Origin: Mayamaea pseudoterrestris
Taxonomy: Eukaryota
Reading direction: 5' to 3'
NCBI GenBank assembly: GCA_027923505.1
Contig: BROI01000002.1
Span: 434,001 to 498,000 of the forward strand
DNA: 64,000 nucleotides
Shown here piece after piece: positions 1-10,589 of the stretch. Both the position numbers and the translations under genes were made by a program. Under the pieces are notes generated by a model. It was not told the origin of the DNA. It worked only from the letters and a program-made list of their open reading frames with translations, and did no database searches. Numbering within the stretch: the first letter of the stretch is position 1; every line of letters begins with the position of its first letter.

Positions 1-3000
1 TCTTCCAGTGCCTCATGGGCAAGGTCACTGATTACTGCAAGAAACTGATTGCTGCAGGTCTTCCACCAAGTCAAGCAGCCTCCGGCGCCATGTATGTCAT
101 CAAGAATGTGATCGACGATCTCCTACTGCTCTCCAATGACCGTCACTACCTTTGCTACGTCTTTGACTGCCTCTGTCAAGCATTCATTCACTTCCGGCTC
201 ACCTTCAAGTTGAAGAAATGCGACTTCTTCTTCAATCGCCTGGAATGGCTTGGTCACGACTGGACTCCCTCTGGCAATGTTCCTGCCCAATCCAAGTTTG
301 ACTTGATCCGCAACTGGGCCTTGCCCACAACGTCGCAAGCCCTCAACTCCTTCGTCAGCTTCTGTGGCTTCTACCGCAATTACCTACCTTTCTTTGAATA
401 TATCATCACACCACTTCGCCAGCTTATCCGACAGCACAAGCACTCATCCATCCCTCATACCGCCTGGTCTCCAGTTCTCCTCAAGCTTTTCAACCAACTC
501 AAAGCCGCCATCACATCTTCTCCCTGCCTAGCCCGTGCCGATTCCTCTACACCCTTCTTCATCAAAACTGACTGGTCTGCCAAGAGTGTTGCCTCCATTC
601 TCATGCAACCAGACAACTCCGCTGCCTCTCGAGCTGCACTTCTCGCCATGGATGCTGGTGCAGCATGCGCCTTTGACAAAACCAAATCTGGTGCCCGCCT
701 GCGTCCTATCAGCTTCAACCAGCGGAATTGCTCGGAAATTGAGACCCACTATCATTCCTTTGTGGGAGAGGCCGCGGCTGGTCGCTACGGCATTCACATT
801 AACCGTCACTTCCTCTGGGGTAAGAAGTTTTACTGGCTCTGTGACTGCAATGCCATCTCTGCACTGCTTTCCTACGAGGGTGACAACCATCTCCTTCGGC
901 GCTGGGCCATGGACCTTCTTGGCTATACCTTCGAGATCATCCATCGTCCTGAACGCATGATGCAAGATGTTGACGCCTTGAGCCGCCATTACGCACACTG
1001 TGATCCCTTGGTCCGGCAATATAACCTGCAGAGTGATGCCTTGCGCGCCGCCAGCTTCACTGCCAACCCAAGTCAGTTTCTTCCCGTTCCCATGAGTGCA
1101 CTTTCTGCACGAGGCTCCTATATTCCACCAAGCCAGCCTCCCTCAGCTACCTCCACCGCTGCCTTCTCCATCATGGATCCCCTGCCCTCGCCTGCCACTG
1201 TGCCTTCTACGCTATCAACATTCAGCACCATTCTCTGCAGTCATGGCATTCGCTCCTCCGCACGTCAATCGCCTACCAGCGTCATACCAGCCAACCCAAC
1301 TGCACCTCCTACCCTTCAGCACCTCCTTCATTGCGGAGTCAATGTTTCCTCCCCTGTGCACTCCTCTCCCTTGCCCGTCTGCAGTGACTCCAGCGCCATT
1401 GCATCCCACCTTGTGCATCAGCACTATCTTCCCTGGTTATCCATCAATAGCCCACCTGGCGTCCATGCCCTCAGCCATGACTGCATTTTGCCATCAAATC
1501 TTCTTCTGCTCCATCAGTGTGATTCTCGCCGTCAACTCTGTCAGCGCCTCCACTCTGCAAGCATTCATCGCACCTACGACCCGACAGCCCCCATCTTGTC
1601 CGATGCATCAACCCTTGCTGGCTTCTCTTCCTTCGCTGGCTGCGACTCTACCTACTCACCACGTGACGGCCTTCTTTCCACATGGTTATCCTCAACTCTT
1701 GCCCTCTTCACTGGCCTCAGTCACTCCCATGCTCTGCGCCACTTTGTCATCATTATTCCAACGACCATGAGCCCTTCACCATCCTCTACATCAAGTCCAC
1801 CTGCCTACCCTGACTTTGTTGCACCATGTCTTCATCTCCATTCCTCCTCTTGGACAAGCCATGCCTCCATCTCCTGGAGCCAGGACTTTGGTGATCGCAT
1901 TTCTCGAGGCACTCTCTACATTTTTGGTGTCTCCACCTCGGTTGCCGACTGCTCTTCCTTGCTCTCTGCCATCAGCACATTGCCTACCCTCGGCGCGGAT
2001 GCACCAGCCTACGGCGTTTTTGTGGACCGTCACCTCCATCAACCTTGTGCCTCTACTTCCGCCTGCGCCTTTCCCGTCACTCCATCTCCAGTTCACCCAC
2101 ACATTGACAGTTTTTCACCTTGCGTCATGGGCACACTTGACTGTCTGGGCACTTCTGTGCCCATCCTTCATCCCAGCCATCCTGCCTACATTCTTCCTCT
2201 CCTACCTGATTCACCCTTCTCTGGTAGCTTCGCTATCCCCTTCTACTCGCCAAACGATGAGCTTCAATACCGACCTTGCGCACCATCCGAGCTTCTGTCT
2301 CTCCTGTCCTTCAACCATCACTCCGCGGGCTACATTCTTACTCAGCCACTCTTGGACCAGCATCTCATCATTCAAGAATGTGCCGGTGTCGTCAGTCTCT
2401 CTACCATACTGCACCATGTTATTTCCACTGTGGCAGCCTCCGTCATGTACCCACCTCCCGCGGGCAGCATTGCTTGTTACACCTCCCCAGTCTCCCTGAT
2501 TCACCCATCTCAAATTCCGACACTCCCTGAATGGACAGCTGCCTACGCCGCTGATCCCTGCTGCTCTGCCATCATTGCCAAGCTTGAGTCTCCTGCACCA
2601 TGGTCATCTTCCGAACTCTCCAAGATCAACTCCTGCTACCGTCAAATGGCTCGCCTTCAAGCCTTTTGCCTCTCCAATGGTCGCCTCACAGTCTACACGC
2701 ACACTACTGATTCCACTCGCGCCCTCCTGTTGATTGTGGTTCCAGAATCCCTGCGCCGTCGCGTCTTTGATGCATTTCACGGCTCTCCTTGCGCCGGACA
2801 TATGGGACCAAAAAAGGTCCTTCTGCGCTTGCGTTTGCTTTTCTTCTGGCCCAACATGAGCTCGTTTGTACACCACGCGTGCAAGGCTTGTCCTGAATGT
2901 CACTTGGCCAATGCAACCTCTCGCCCATCAAGCACTCTTCTTCATGGCACTATCTTACAGCAACCCATGGCCCTTCTTCACATTGATGCCTGGATGCCCG

Positions 3001-4775
3001 GCGTCACCACATCCTTCTTTGGCAAGTACACTGGTATTCTCACTGTCGTCTGTGATTTAACCGGTTTTGTCGTTGTGGTTCCATACACCAAGGCTACATC
3101 TGCCAACTTTGCCCGACTGCTTGTGTCCGACGTACTCCTTCTATATGGCTTCTGCTCTGGTGTGGTCATTGATGACGATAGCAAGTTCAAAGGATTCTTC
3201 AAGTCCATGTGCACTCAACTTGGCCTCGCTTATCACGTCCTCTCCAAAGGCAATCATCAGGCCATGCGCTGCGAACGTGTCCACCGTTATTTTAACAAGG
3301 TTGCCAAGATTGAGTGCGGCAAGCGTGAGACCAACAAGGTGTTTGTGGAAGCCGCTAAGCTTGCTGGATACGCCTGGAATTGCATGCCCATTGACGGCAC
3401 AGACATTGTCCGCAGCTTCGTGGTGACTGGTCGAGTGTTCAAGTTCCCTCTGGAGGTTGCCTTAGAGACGCTCCTTGCTCCTACTGATAACGCCAGTCTC
3501 AGTCTGCAACGCTTCCTTACCAGCATATCGGATACTCATATCTTCTCGCGGGAAATCCTCTCTATCCTTGTGGCCGACCGCCGCGCTGCCCACCGTGAAG
3601 CCATCAATGCTACCCGCACTCCAGTTCATTACCTTGTCGGTGATCTGGTAACAGCCAAGCGACAAGTCTCCAGTGACTCTACTCAAAACCGAGTTGGCAA
3701 ACTCTCCTACGATGTACAAGGACCTTTCAAAGTTGTTGAAGTGACCTCCCACGACTCCTACATGGTTCAAAAATGGGATGATCCCGCTGCCCCTCTGCTG
3801 CGCTTCAAAGGTGGGCTTTTACACCCTCTGCCGCCTGTCCTCCAACCCTGCCTGCCTATCGATACCATTGATTACCACTACCTCAACATTGATCGTGCCC
3901 CTGTCTTGCACCCTTTCAAGAACCACCTCGGTATTGATTCTTACAACTATCTCTGGCTGCATGGCACTCCTCCCCCAGCCCGCAATCCAAATGATCCACC
4001 TCCCGCCATCCCTGCTCCCATCTCTGCCATCAACCCTTCTGTCCCTCGCCTCTCCGATCTGCTTGGTACTTCAGCTACGCCTTCCAACCCCTCCATCCCC
4101 GATGTGGTGCTGCAGCCATCATGTGAAGCAAGACCTACCAGACCTACCAACTTTGTCCTACGACATACCGACCCGTCTGTCTGCTGCACCGATCCAGAAA
4201 GCCTCTGTCACGCTATCCAGCAGTCACGTGACAAGCTTTTCTTTGTGACCTACCTTGCCACTGGAACGATGGTGCCCTCCCTTCACATGGTCCAAGTTGA
4301 TCTCAACTCCTCTGCATTGAGTCGCGACTCGTCAAACTACCGCACTAATGGAACCTACTATTGCAACTTTCAGAAGCGGCCGGAAAGTGACTCTAGCTTA
4401 CCCTGGAGCCAAAGCCGGTGGCGTACACACTGGTGTGAATTTCACAAAAGTACGGATGACGAATTGCTTTACGGCAAGACCGTCGAGTTTCGCCGAGCAA
4501 TCAAGGCCCCAGACTACTCCAGATACACAGCCTTTGCAAATTTCTTCAACCTTACTGACCCAGACACATTTGTCTACGGGCCCTTTGAGTTTGCGGATGA
4601 AGGTATCTTGCCATCTGGAGGCGAGAAGAGCCGAGAACGAGTTGAGAAGCTTCACTGGCTACGTCTGCAGGAAATTATCAAGGACAGGCCAAGCATTCCC
4701 TTCCCAAATCTCCTTCCTACAGACATCCAAGAGCCTCAAGCTATCCCTCCCTCTCTCAAACGAAGAAAGCACTAG
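1..4775 (+). mobile_element. Ty3/Gypsy LTR-retrotransposon pol ORF (RT - RNase H - large insert - integrase - C-terminal extension); 5' end lies outside the window
   Basis: Frame is open from the window edge (FQCLM...). RT motifs VIDDLLLLS, KLKKCDFF, WLGH, FCGFYRNY; RNase H IKTDWS, YHSFVGE, WLCDCNAI, DVDALSR; integrase HHCC (HGSPCAGHMG...CKACPEC), core LHIDAW / VIDDDSKF / CERVH, and QGPF. RT-RH-INT order is Gypsy-type. Confidence 0.93.
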
Positions 4776-4909
4776 ATTAATCACTCGGATAGTCTATTTG
4801 TTAACTCAAGTCATTCATCCAAGCCTTATTCCCCTCCTGCCAAGTTAGCCTGTCAGCCGCCTTTCAACCATTCGACAGCCATCTGTCAACTCCGCCCTCG
4901 CCTGCCTAA

Positions 4910-5546
4910 GCATTCCCAGCGTCGCCTTATCAGCCATTTTATCCGGTTAAGCCAGTGTTGTGTGATCTTTGTTGTTTGCCAGTCTTGTTGTATGAAAAGC
5001 CTTGTTGTGTGAAAAGCCTTGTTGTGTGAAAAGCCAGCCATAAAGCCATAAAGCCAGCCATAAAGCCATTCAGCCAGCCATAAAGCCATAAAGCCAGCCA
5101 GCCATAAAGCCATTCAGCCAGCCATAAAGCCATAAAGCCATAAAGCCAGCCAGCCATTCAGCCAAAGCCAGCCAGCCTTGTTCTCCTTCCTTTACTCAGA
5201 TCTTTTGCTATTCAGCCCTTGTCTGTCTCAGCATTATCAGCGTCACCTTGTCAGCATTTTATCCGGTTAAGTCAGTCTGGTGTGATCTTTGTTGTTTGCC
5301 AGCCTTGTTGTGTGAAAAGCCTTGTTGTGTGAAAAGCCTTGTTGTGTGAAAAGCCAGCCATAAAGCCATAAAGCCAGCCATAAAGCCATTCAGCCAGCCA
5401 TAAAGCCAAAAGCCAAAAAGCCAGCCAGCCATAAAGCCATAAAGCCAGCCAGCCATAAAGCCATTCAGCCAGCCATAAAGCCATAAAGCCAGCCAGCCAT
5501 TCAGCCATAAGCCAGCCAGCCTTGTTCTCCTCCCTTTACTCAGATC
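4910..5546. repeat. Tandem duplicated ~320-bp block in the retrotransposon 3' UTR, with internal 17-bp and 4-8-bp repeats
   Basis: Anchor ATTTTATCCGGTTAAG at 4936 and 5256. Each copy has three CTTGTTGT(G/A)TGAAAAG units, then AGCC/ATAAAGCC/ATTCAGCC runs, and ends CTTGTTCTCC..TTTACTCAGATC. Confidence 0.95.
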
Positions 5547-5671
5547 CTCTGCTGGTCTTGCGTTCACCGGGCTTTCGCGGGGCTGCTTTGTATTTATACT
5601 TACTCAGCCCAAAATATGGCATTCCTATTCAGGTGGCCGCCCGGAACCCTCATTCATGATACTTGCGCCCC

Positions 5672-5682
5672 AGGAAGAAGGA
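5672..5682 (+). other. Putative polypurine tract of the Gypsy element
   Basis: AGGAAGAAGGA followed immediately by TG (TGTGAAG), downstream of pol. Confidence 0.6.
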
Positions 5683-6127
5683 TGTGAAGCAGCCTTTGGC
5701 ATTTGATGCTCGACACCCTGCCGCCCGGCGTTCGAGCGCGACGAGCCTCGCTAAGCAAGGCGTTCCGTCCTAACAAAGCCCTGCGTTTGCCTTGCGCGGT
5801 CGTGACAAGTGCGTCCTGCCTCTAAATAGACTTGGATACTTAGAGAAATGTCACTTGGCGAGCCAGTCACGCCAGCGTGTTGGCGACTCAACAGCTCCTT
5901 CCACGGTGCTGGTTTCGATCCTTTTTGCCTCACACCCCTTGACCGACGAGCATCTCCTGCCTCTTCTGTCTCCTTTTGTTGCTCCTTTGCTCCTTTAACC
6001 ATCTAAACAAGCCTTTATCATGTACTTTGGAAACGCTAGCCAGTCTCTAACTAGTAGCCGCTCGCTCGGAGCACCCCAAGCTTCAAACGAAGGGTGCGCC
6101 AATGCGCCAATGTTCGCAGTTCGCACA
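5683..6127 (+). mobile_element. Putative 3' LTR of the Gypsy element (right boundary uncertain)
   Basis: Starts with TG directly after the PPT. Candidate CA ends are 6127 (TTCGCACA) or 6508 (CTTCACA, 7-bp inverted match to TGTGAAG). The 5' LTR is not in the window for comparison. Confidence 0.4.
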
Positions 6128-6600
6128 AGTGGCATGGACGGAAAGTAACGCTTATGATTACAGCATCAAGTTGGTAGTATAGCATCAACAGATTGCTTCG
6201 CCTATTGTTAAAACTTTCTTTTCATGAAGAACGCAAGCGATGAAGTCGTGGGGATTATGATGTGAATCTCCATGGTCGCGCGTTGGCGATTCCTGTGAGT
6301 AATGCTGCGACATGATCAGCGACTTTAGCTATCCTGTCCAGACGTCAACAAGCTAGCGAGGCATACACTCAAGCAAGCATGGAAGCGCAACCAGTTTCAC
6401 TAACGAGTCAATATATCCCATTCTTCATTTTTTACATTCCAATGACAGGCTGGACATGCAAATAATTGCAGAAGAATGCAAATGATATTCTATCATGAAG
6501 TCTTCACAACTTTTTTCTAGTGCGCTGTTCGGTCCATTCACTCCAACCCATTTTGCGTGCCTCTATTCATTCACCTATTGCATTCCCCTACTACTCCATT

Positions 6601-7575
6601 TTAAATATTTTTTTTCGCCGCGCGCCTTGTCACATCTCGCTCTCTGGCTTGCTCCGCAAATTCCATGAGAGTCTTTTGACGCGCCAGCTCCTTCAACATT
6701 TGCATGCACAGTGGCACGTAGCTGTGGCGGCGCCGCTCATTCTCCAGTTTGTACTGCGCGCGCTTGCGTTGTTCGTGTTCCAATGCAAGTTGCAGCTCCT
6801 GCACGTGTTCCGGTGATGACGACTCGTCCAGCGACTCGAGCTCGCGCCGAAGCGCCACGCGCTTGTCCTGCACGACGGCCATGAGATTGAACTTGATGTG
6901 ACTATCGCCCGCCTGCCGCATGCGCTCCTGCAGCGCCGCCGTGGCAATTTCGAGCCAGGCCGCGTCATTGTTATTATCGTCGCTATCCGGCACGGTCCCA
7001 ACGACAATTGGTCCTTGCTGCAAGCCATCCAGTTCGTACACGACCTGATTGTGCGGCACGTACGCGACAAAGTGAAAGGCTTCCCCCTCGTCGCTACTGA
7101 CTGCCACTTTGTCACTGAGAATCAAGTCGGGCTTGCGAAAAACGTTGTGGGCCGCCTTGATGGTTTCGCTGCTGCTAATGGCCACTCCCTTGAGCTGCGG
7201 CGAAAAGCTTTCCGTGAACGACTTGAATTCCGTCAAGACTGGTCCCAAATCTAACGTATTGTTACTGTCGGCAGAGGACGCATTCATCAAAACACTGAGC
7301 ATGGCTTGCGTGGCGCAGGCGTTGGTGGTGACTTGATGCGCAAAGAATAGATTGGGTGGAATGGCCGACTCGTCGAGCGGTTCACGCGCATGACTTTTGC
7401 CCATGTACTGAAACAAGAATACCAATCCATAAATCTTGTTACTCGTGCTACTCAATTCGCCGAGACTGTAGACTTCGTCCAGCTCGACGCCTTGGACGCC
7501 GAGCGTTTCGAGGAGTTCGGTAAAGACGCCCGGATCACTTTCGATCAAGCACCAATCGTCTTCGCTACTTGACAT
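6601..7575 (-). CDS. UCHL5: Ubiquitin carboxyl-terminal hydrolase UCH37/UCHL5 (peptidase C12)
   Basis: WCLIESDPGVFTEL, YGLVFLF, FFAHQVTTNACATQA (catalytic Cys), AFHFVAYVP, YELDGL, FNLMAV, C-terminal ENERRRHSYVP. Start set at MSSSEDDW. Confidence 0.95.
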   Translation of the reverse strand: MSSSEDDWCLIESDPGVFTELLETLGVQGVELDEVYSLGELSSTSNKIYGLVFLFQYMGKSHAREPLDESAIPPNLFFAHQVTTNACATQAMLSVLMNASSADSNNTLDLGPVLTEFKSFTESFSPQLKGVAISSSETIKAAHNVFRKPDLILSDKVAVSSDEGEAFHFVAYVPHNQVVYELDGLQQGPIVVGTVPDSDDNNNDAAWLEIATAALQERMRQAGDSHIKFNLMAVVQDKRVALRRELESLDESSSPEHVQELQLALEHEQRKRAQYKLENERRRHSYVPLCMQMLKELARQKTLMEFAEQARERDVTRRAAKKNI

Positions 7576-7795
7576 GCTTTGTAATGATATTGACAGAGTG
7601 AGAGTGAGGAGCAAATTATGTTCTGCGTATATTATGATGGGACTTGCGCATTGTGATGAAAGTCCGCGGTCGAAGGATTGCAATGACGCGCGACGGACTG
7701 ACCGTTATATCTGTCGCATCGGTACACACACACATCAAACGTTCCGCCGCGCCGCGCCGCAGCACAAATCCATTGTCACGGCATGATAATGAAAC

Positions 7796-9427
7796 ATGAA
7801 TGACGAACCACTACTCACGTTAAAGGAGTTTGAACGTGAGTGGCGACTAGCCATTGCGTTGAGTGGTAGTAGTGAATCGTCATTCATTGATGACTTTGCA
7901 ATCAATCGACGCGGCGATCCTGCTGGCTACGATTCTTCCGATGCTTCCGCCTCCGACGATCCGTTCGACTGCAGTTCGCTGATCATTCCTCCCACGCATA
8001 AGCTCATTGACAAAGCCATTCAGCCATATGTGCAAGCATGGAGGGAACTGGATGAGCGAAGAATTCTTCATGCTGATACTGCAACAACTACGTCTGCTGA
8101 TGCGGCTGCTGCTGTGGACGAAGCCGATGATGATGCTGCAGACGACGACGAGGCAGATGCAAGCAGTAACGTGAATCGACGGCCACGCAAAATGACAAAG
8201 ACGACCAAGCTCCCCAAGTGGTACACGAATCGCGTGCGACTTCCGGAGCAATTCGACTACGCCTCCAGGCAATTGCATGCGCCGCCGGACGATGGATTCT
8301 CGGGCGATCGCGTCGTGTCGCTGACGGATGCATCGCAAACACTGTCGTACGAAACGGAACTGTGGAAGCTGTTTCAGTCCGTTCCAACGGCGCCGCAACT
8401 GGAAGCGAGGGCGACGCGAAATGTGCAACTGCCGCACATGCAGGAGTTATCCAAGCAACTGTCGGCAGCGAAACCATCGCCTGAATCACTCGACGCCCTG
8501 TCGCAGCTGCGCTACAGCGACCGACACGATCCAATACCGCAACCAACAAGTGACAAGACGACGACGGACACTACATCATTCGTGGCAACGATTCAGCTCG
8601 AGTGCTGGAGGAGGAAACTCAAGCGAGGAGCATCTCCAGAGTAAGTATTTTCTATGGACGCACTCACTTATTCACTGTGCGCCAACATGCTCTCTTTCTC
8701 ACTCTCTCTCTCTCTTTCTCTCTCTCTCTCTTGCAATAGTGCCAATCGCATGTCGATTGAGCTTCTCGGCTCGCAGACACTCCTGGACTTTCACTTGGCC
8801 ATTGTCGAGCTGACGGACGACGAACTTTGGTACAAGACACTAAATGACGACGAAAACAACCAATCCGCTGATGAATCGGGCTACTTTTTCGTCGAGGGAA
8901 TATTTTACACGCACGGCTCGGTCGACTACGTGACGCCGATTCAAACGTGGCTGGCGTCGGGGACCAAATCCCAGCGTCGCAAACGATACGAACATTTGGG
9001 CTTGGCATCCTTCTACAACGACCAACAACACGATTTGCCAGTGCAGAAAATGGCCGAGACTCGCTTGCAAGATGTATCCATGCGCTTGGGCTATCGCTAC
9101 CTGCACGTTTGTCACGGCGACGTGGAGTGCAGCGTCTTTGGCGTGGACCGCAAGCTTGGCTTGCCTGCAACGACGCCATATCCCGTGCTGCACGACGTTT
9201 GGACACCAAACTATGTACTACCCGACTGCGAAGCCTGCCGGAGCTGCCCCGCCACGATTGCCACATCGACCGACTGCGCAGCAACACTGGGACATGCGGC
9301 CGTTTGCGAAGCGTGCAGCCGGCAGTTGCAGCTGCAAACGCAGGCGCCGCGTGACATGGAGCGCTACACGATATGGCGGAGCCAGGGGGATTTGTCGAGT
9401 GGAGCGTCAAACGAAAAGTACTTTTGA
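7796..9427 (+). CDS. SNAPC3: snRNA-activating protein complex subunit 3 (SNAP50)-like; 2 exons (7796-8640, 8740-9427)
   Basis: IELLGSQTLLDF, SGYFFVEGIFY, RLGYRYLHVCHGDVEC and C-terminal CxxC...CxxC. GTAAGT donor at 8641 and AATAG acceptor at 8739 join the two ORFs in frame. Confidence 0.8.
8690..8731. repeat. (CT)n microsatellite / polypyrimidine tract in the SNAPC3 intron
   Basis: Imperfect CT dinucleotide run just upstream of the splice acceptor. Confidence 0.9.
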
Positions 9428-9788
9428 TACTATCATACGTCGTGGCATGTTTCACAAATTACTGTTTCCTGAAGGCGTTTGCGCGGCTGCTTAATTCTTT
9501 CACCGCTACTCGGTTGATGGATTCGACTATTCGCTCTCCTCTTGGAGTGGCAATGGTAAAAAATTCGATATGTCAGAGGGAGTAACTGATTAGTCATCCT
9601 TGACTTGCATTTGTGTGGCGACAACAATAGAGCAATCACTAGGCGATGATTTTCATACGACATCTTTTTCTATAGTATTATATTATTGGTACACGAGTAA
9701 CGTACTCGAAGCAGGGATCCGATACACACGACACATGGGCTTGAAGGTCAAAAAATCAAGCGAACAACAAGAACGTTTGCCGGTAGTT

Positions 9789-10367
9789 TTATGCCCGAGC
9801 GACTCGCAGCGTCAGCGCCCGCCGCTGCTGGCCTCCACCGCTGCCACTGACAGTCTCGCTCTTTGGTGCCTTGGTACCCTTTGTTTTCTTGCTGCCTCCC
9901 TTTGGCGCCTTGGTTGCTTTGGGGCCCTTGGTGCCCTTGGTTTTGCGTGACGGTACGACCAGTCCCTTGGAGCTCTGCTGCAGGTTGCGGCGCGTTGTAA
10001 ACTGCTCGGCGGACGTCGATCCCTTGGTCTTCTTGGATGATGGTGCCTTTGATGCTTTTGGAGCCTTTGTGCCCTTTGCCTTTTTGCTTGCTTTTGGCGC
10101 TTTGCTTGCCTTTGGTCCCTTGGTTCCCTTGACTTTGGAGGATGCCTTTGCTTGTGGAAGTGGCGAAAGTGGAGGTGAAACAGATCCACTAACCAAAGGT
10201 CCCTTGCGGTCTTGACGTTTGGTCATTAGCTTGCGGTTGTGTTGGTCGATTCTGAGTTTGGATAGTGTACCTGTTTGCTGTGACGAGTCACTGTCATTGG
10301 TAGATGCCGCACCAATGTGGGCCGACGACAGGAAAAGGCAGACGCATGATAGGATAAAGCTCTTCAT
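9789..10367 (-). CDS. Secreted Lys/Ser/Thr-rich silaffin-like precursor with KxxK repeats and RXL motifs
   Basis: Signal peptide MKSFILSCVCLFLSSAHIGA; two KxxK blocks (KGTKGPKASKAPKASKK..., KTKGTKGPKATKAPK...); RKL, RRNL and RRAL motifs delimit them. Confidence 0.65.
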   Translation of the reverse strand: MKSFILSCVCLFLSSAHIGAASTNDSDSSQQTGTLSKLRIDQHNRKLMTKRQDRKGPLVSGSVSPPLSPLPQAKASSKVKGTKGPKASKAPKASKKAKGTKAPKASKAPSSKKTKGSTSAEQFTTRRNLQQSSKGLVVPSRKTKGTKGPKATKAPKGGSKKTKGTKAPKSETVSGSGGGQQRRALTLRVARA

Positions 10368-10589
10368 CTTGATGTTTGATTGTTTGGACCTCGAAGCAAA
10401 TTGGAATTGTGAGACAATGAATGGATGAGCCACTGACGGCCAAGTTCATTTGCAAGAGCTACGAATCCTGTGGGGTCGGCAAAAAATCCCGCCGTCGCCA
10501 ATTTCCAAAAGATCGAATAGACGACTCGTCCAGCGAGAACGTCATTGAGTCGTAGCGGTACGGAAAAGCTGTCAACGCGCGCCTCCACC

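Noticed and set aside
535..4848. Alternative-frame ORFs within the Gypsy pol
   Set aside because: Expected from the C-rich, stop-poor composition; no motifs.
4886..5567. Minus-strand ORFs with MALWLAEWLYGWL repeats
   Set aside because: Translation by-products of the AGCC/ATAAAGCC repeats; the same pattern appears in several frames.
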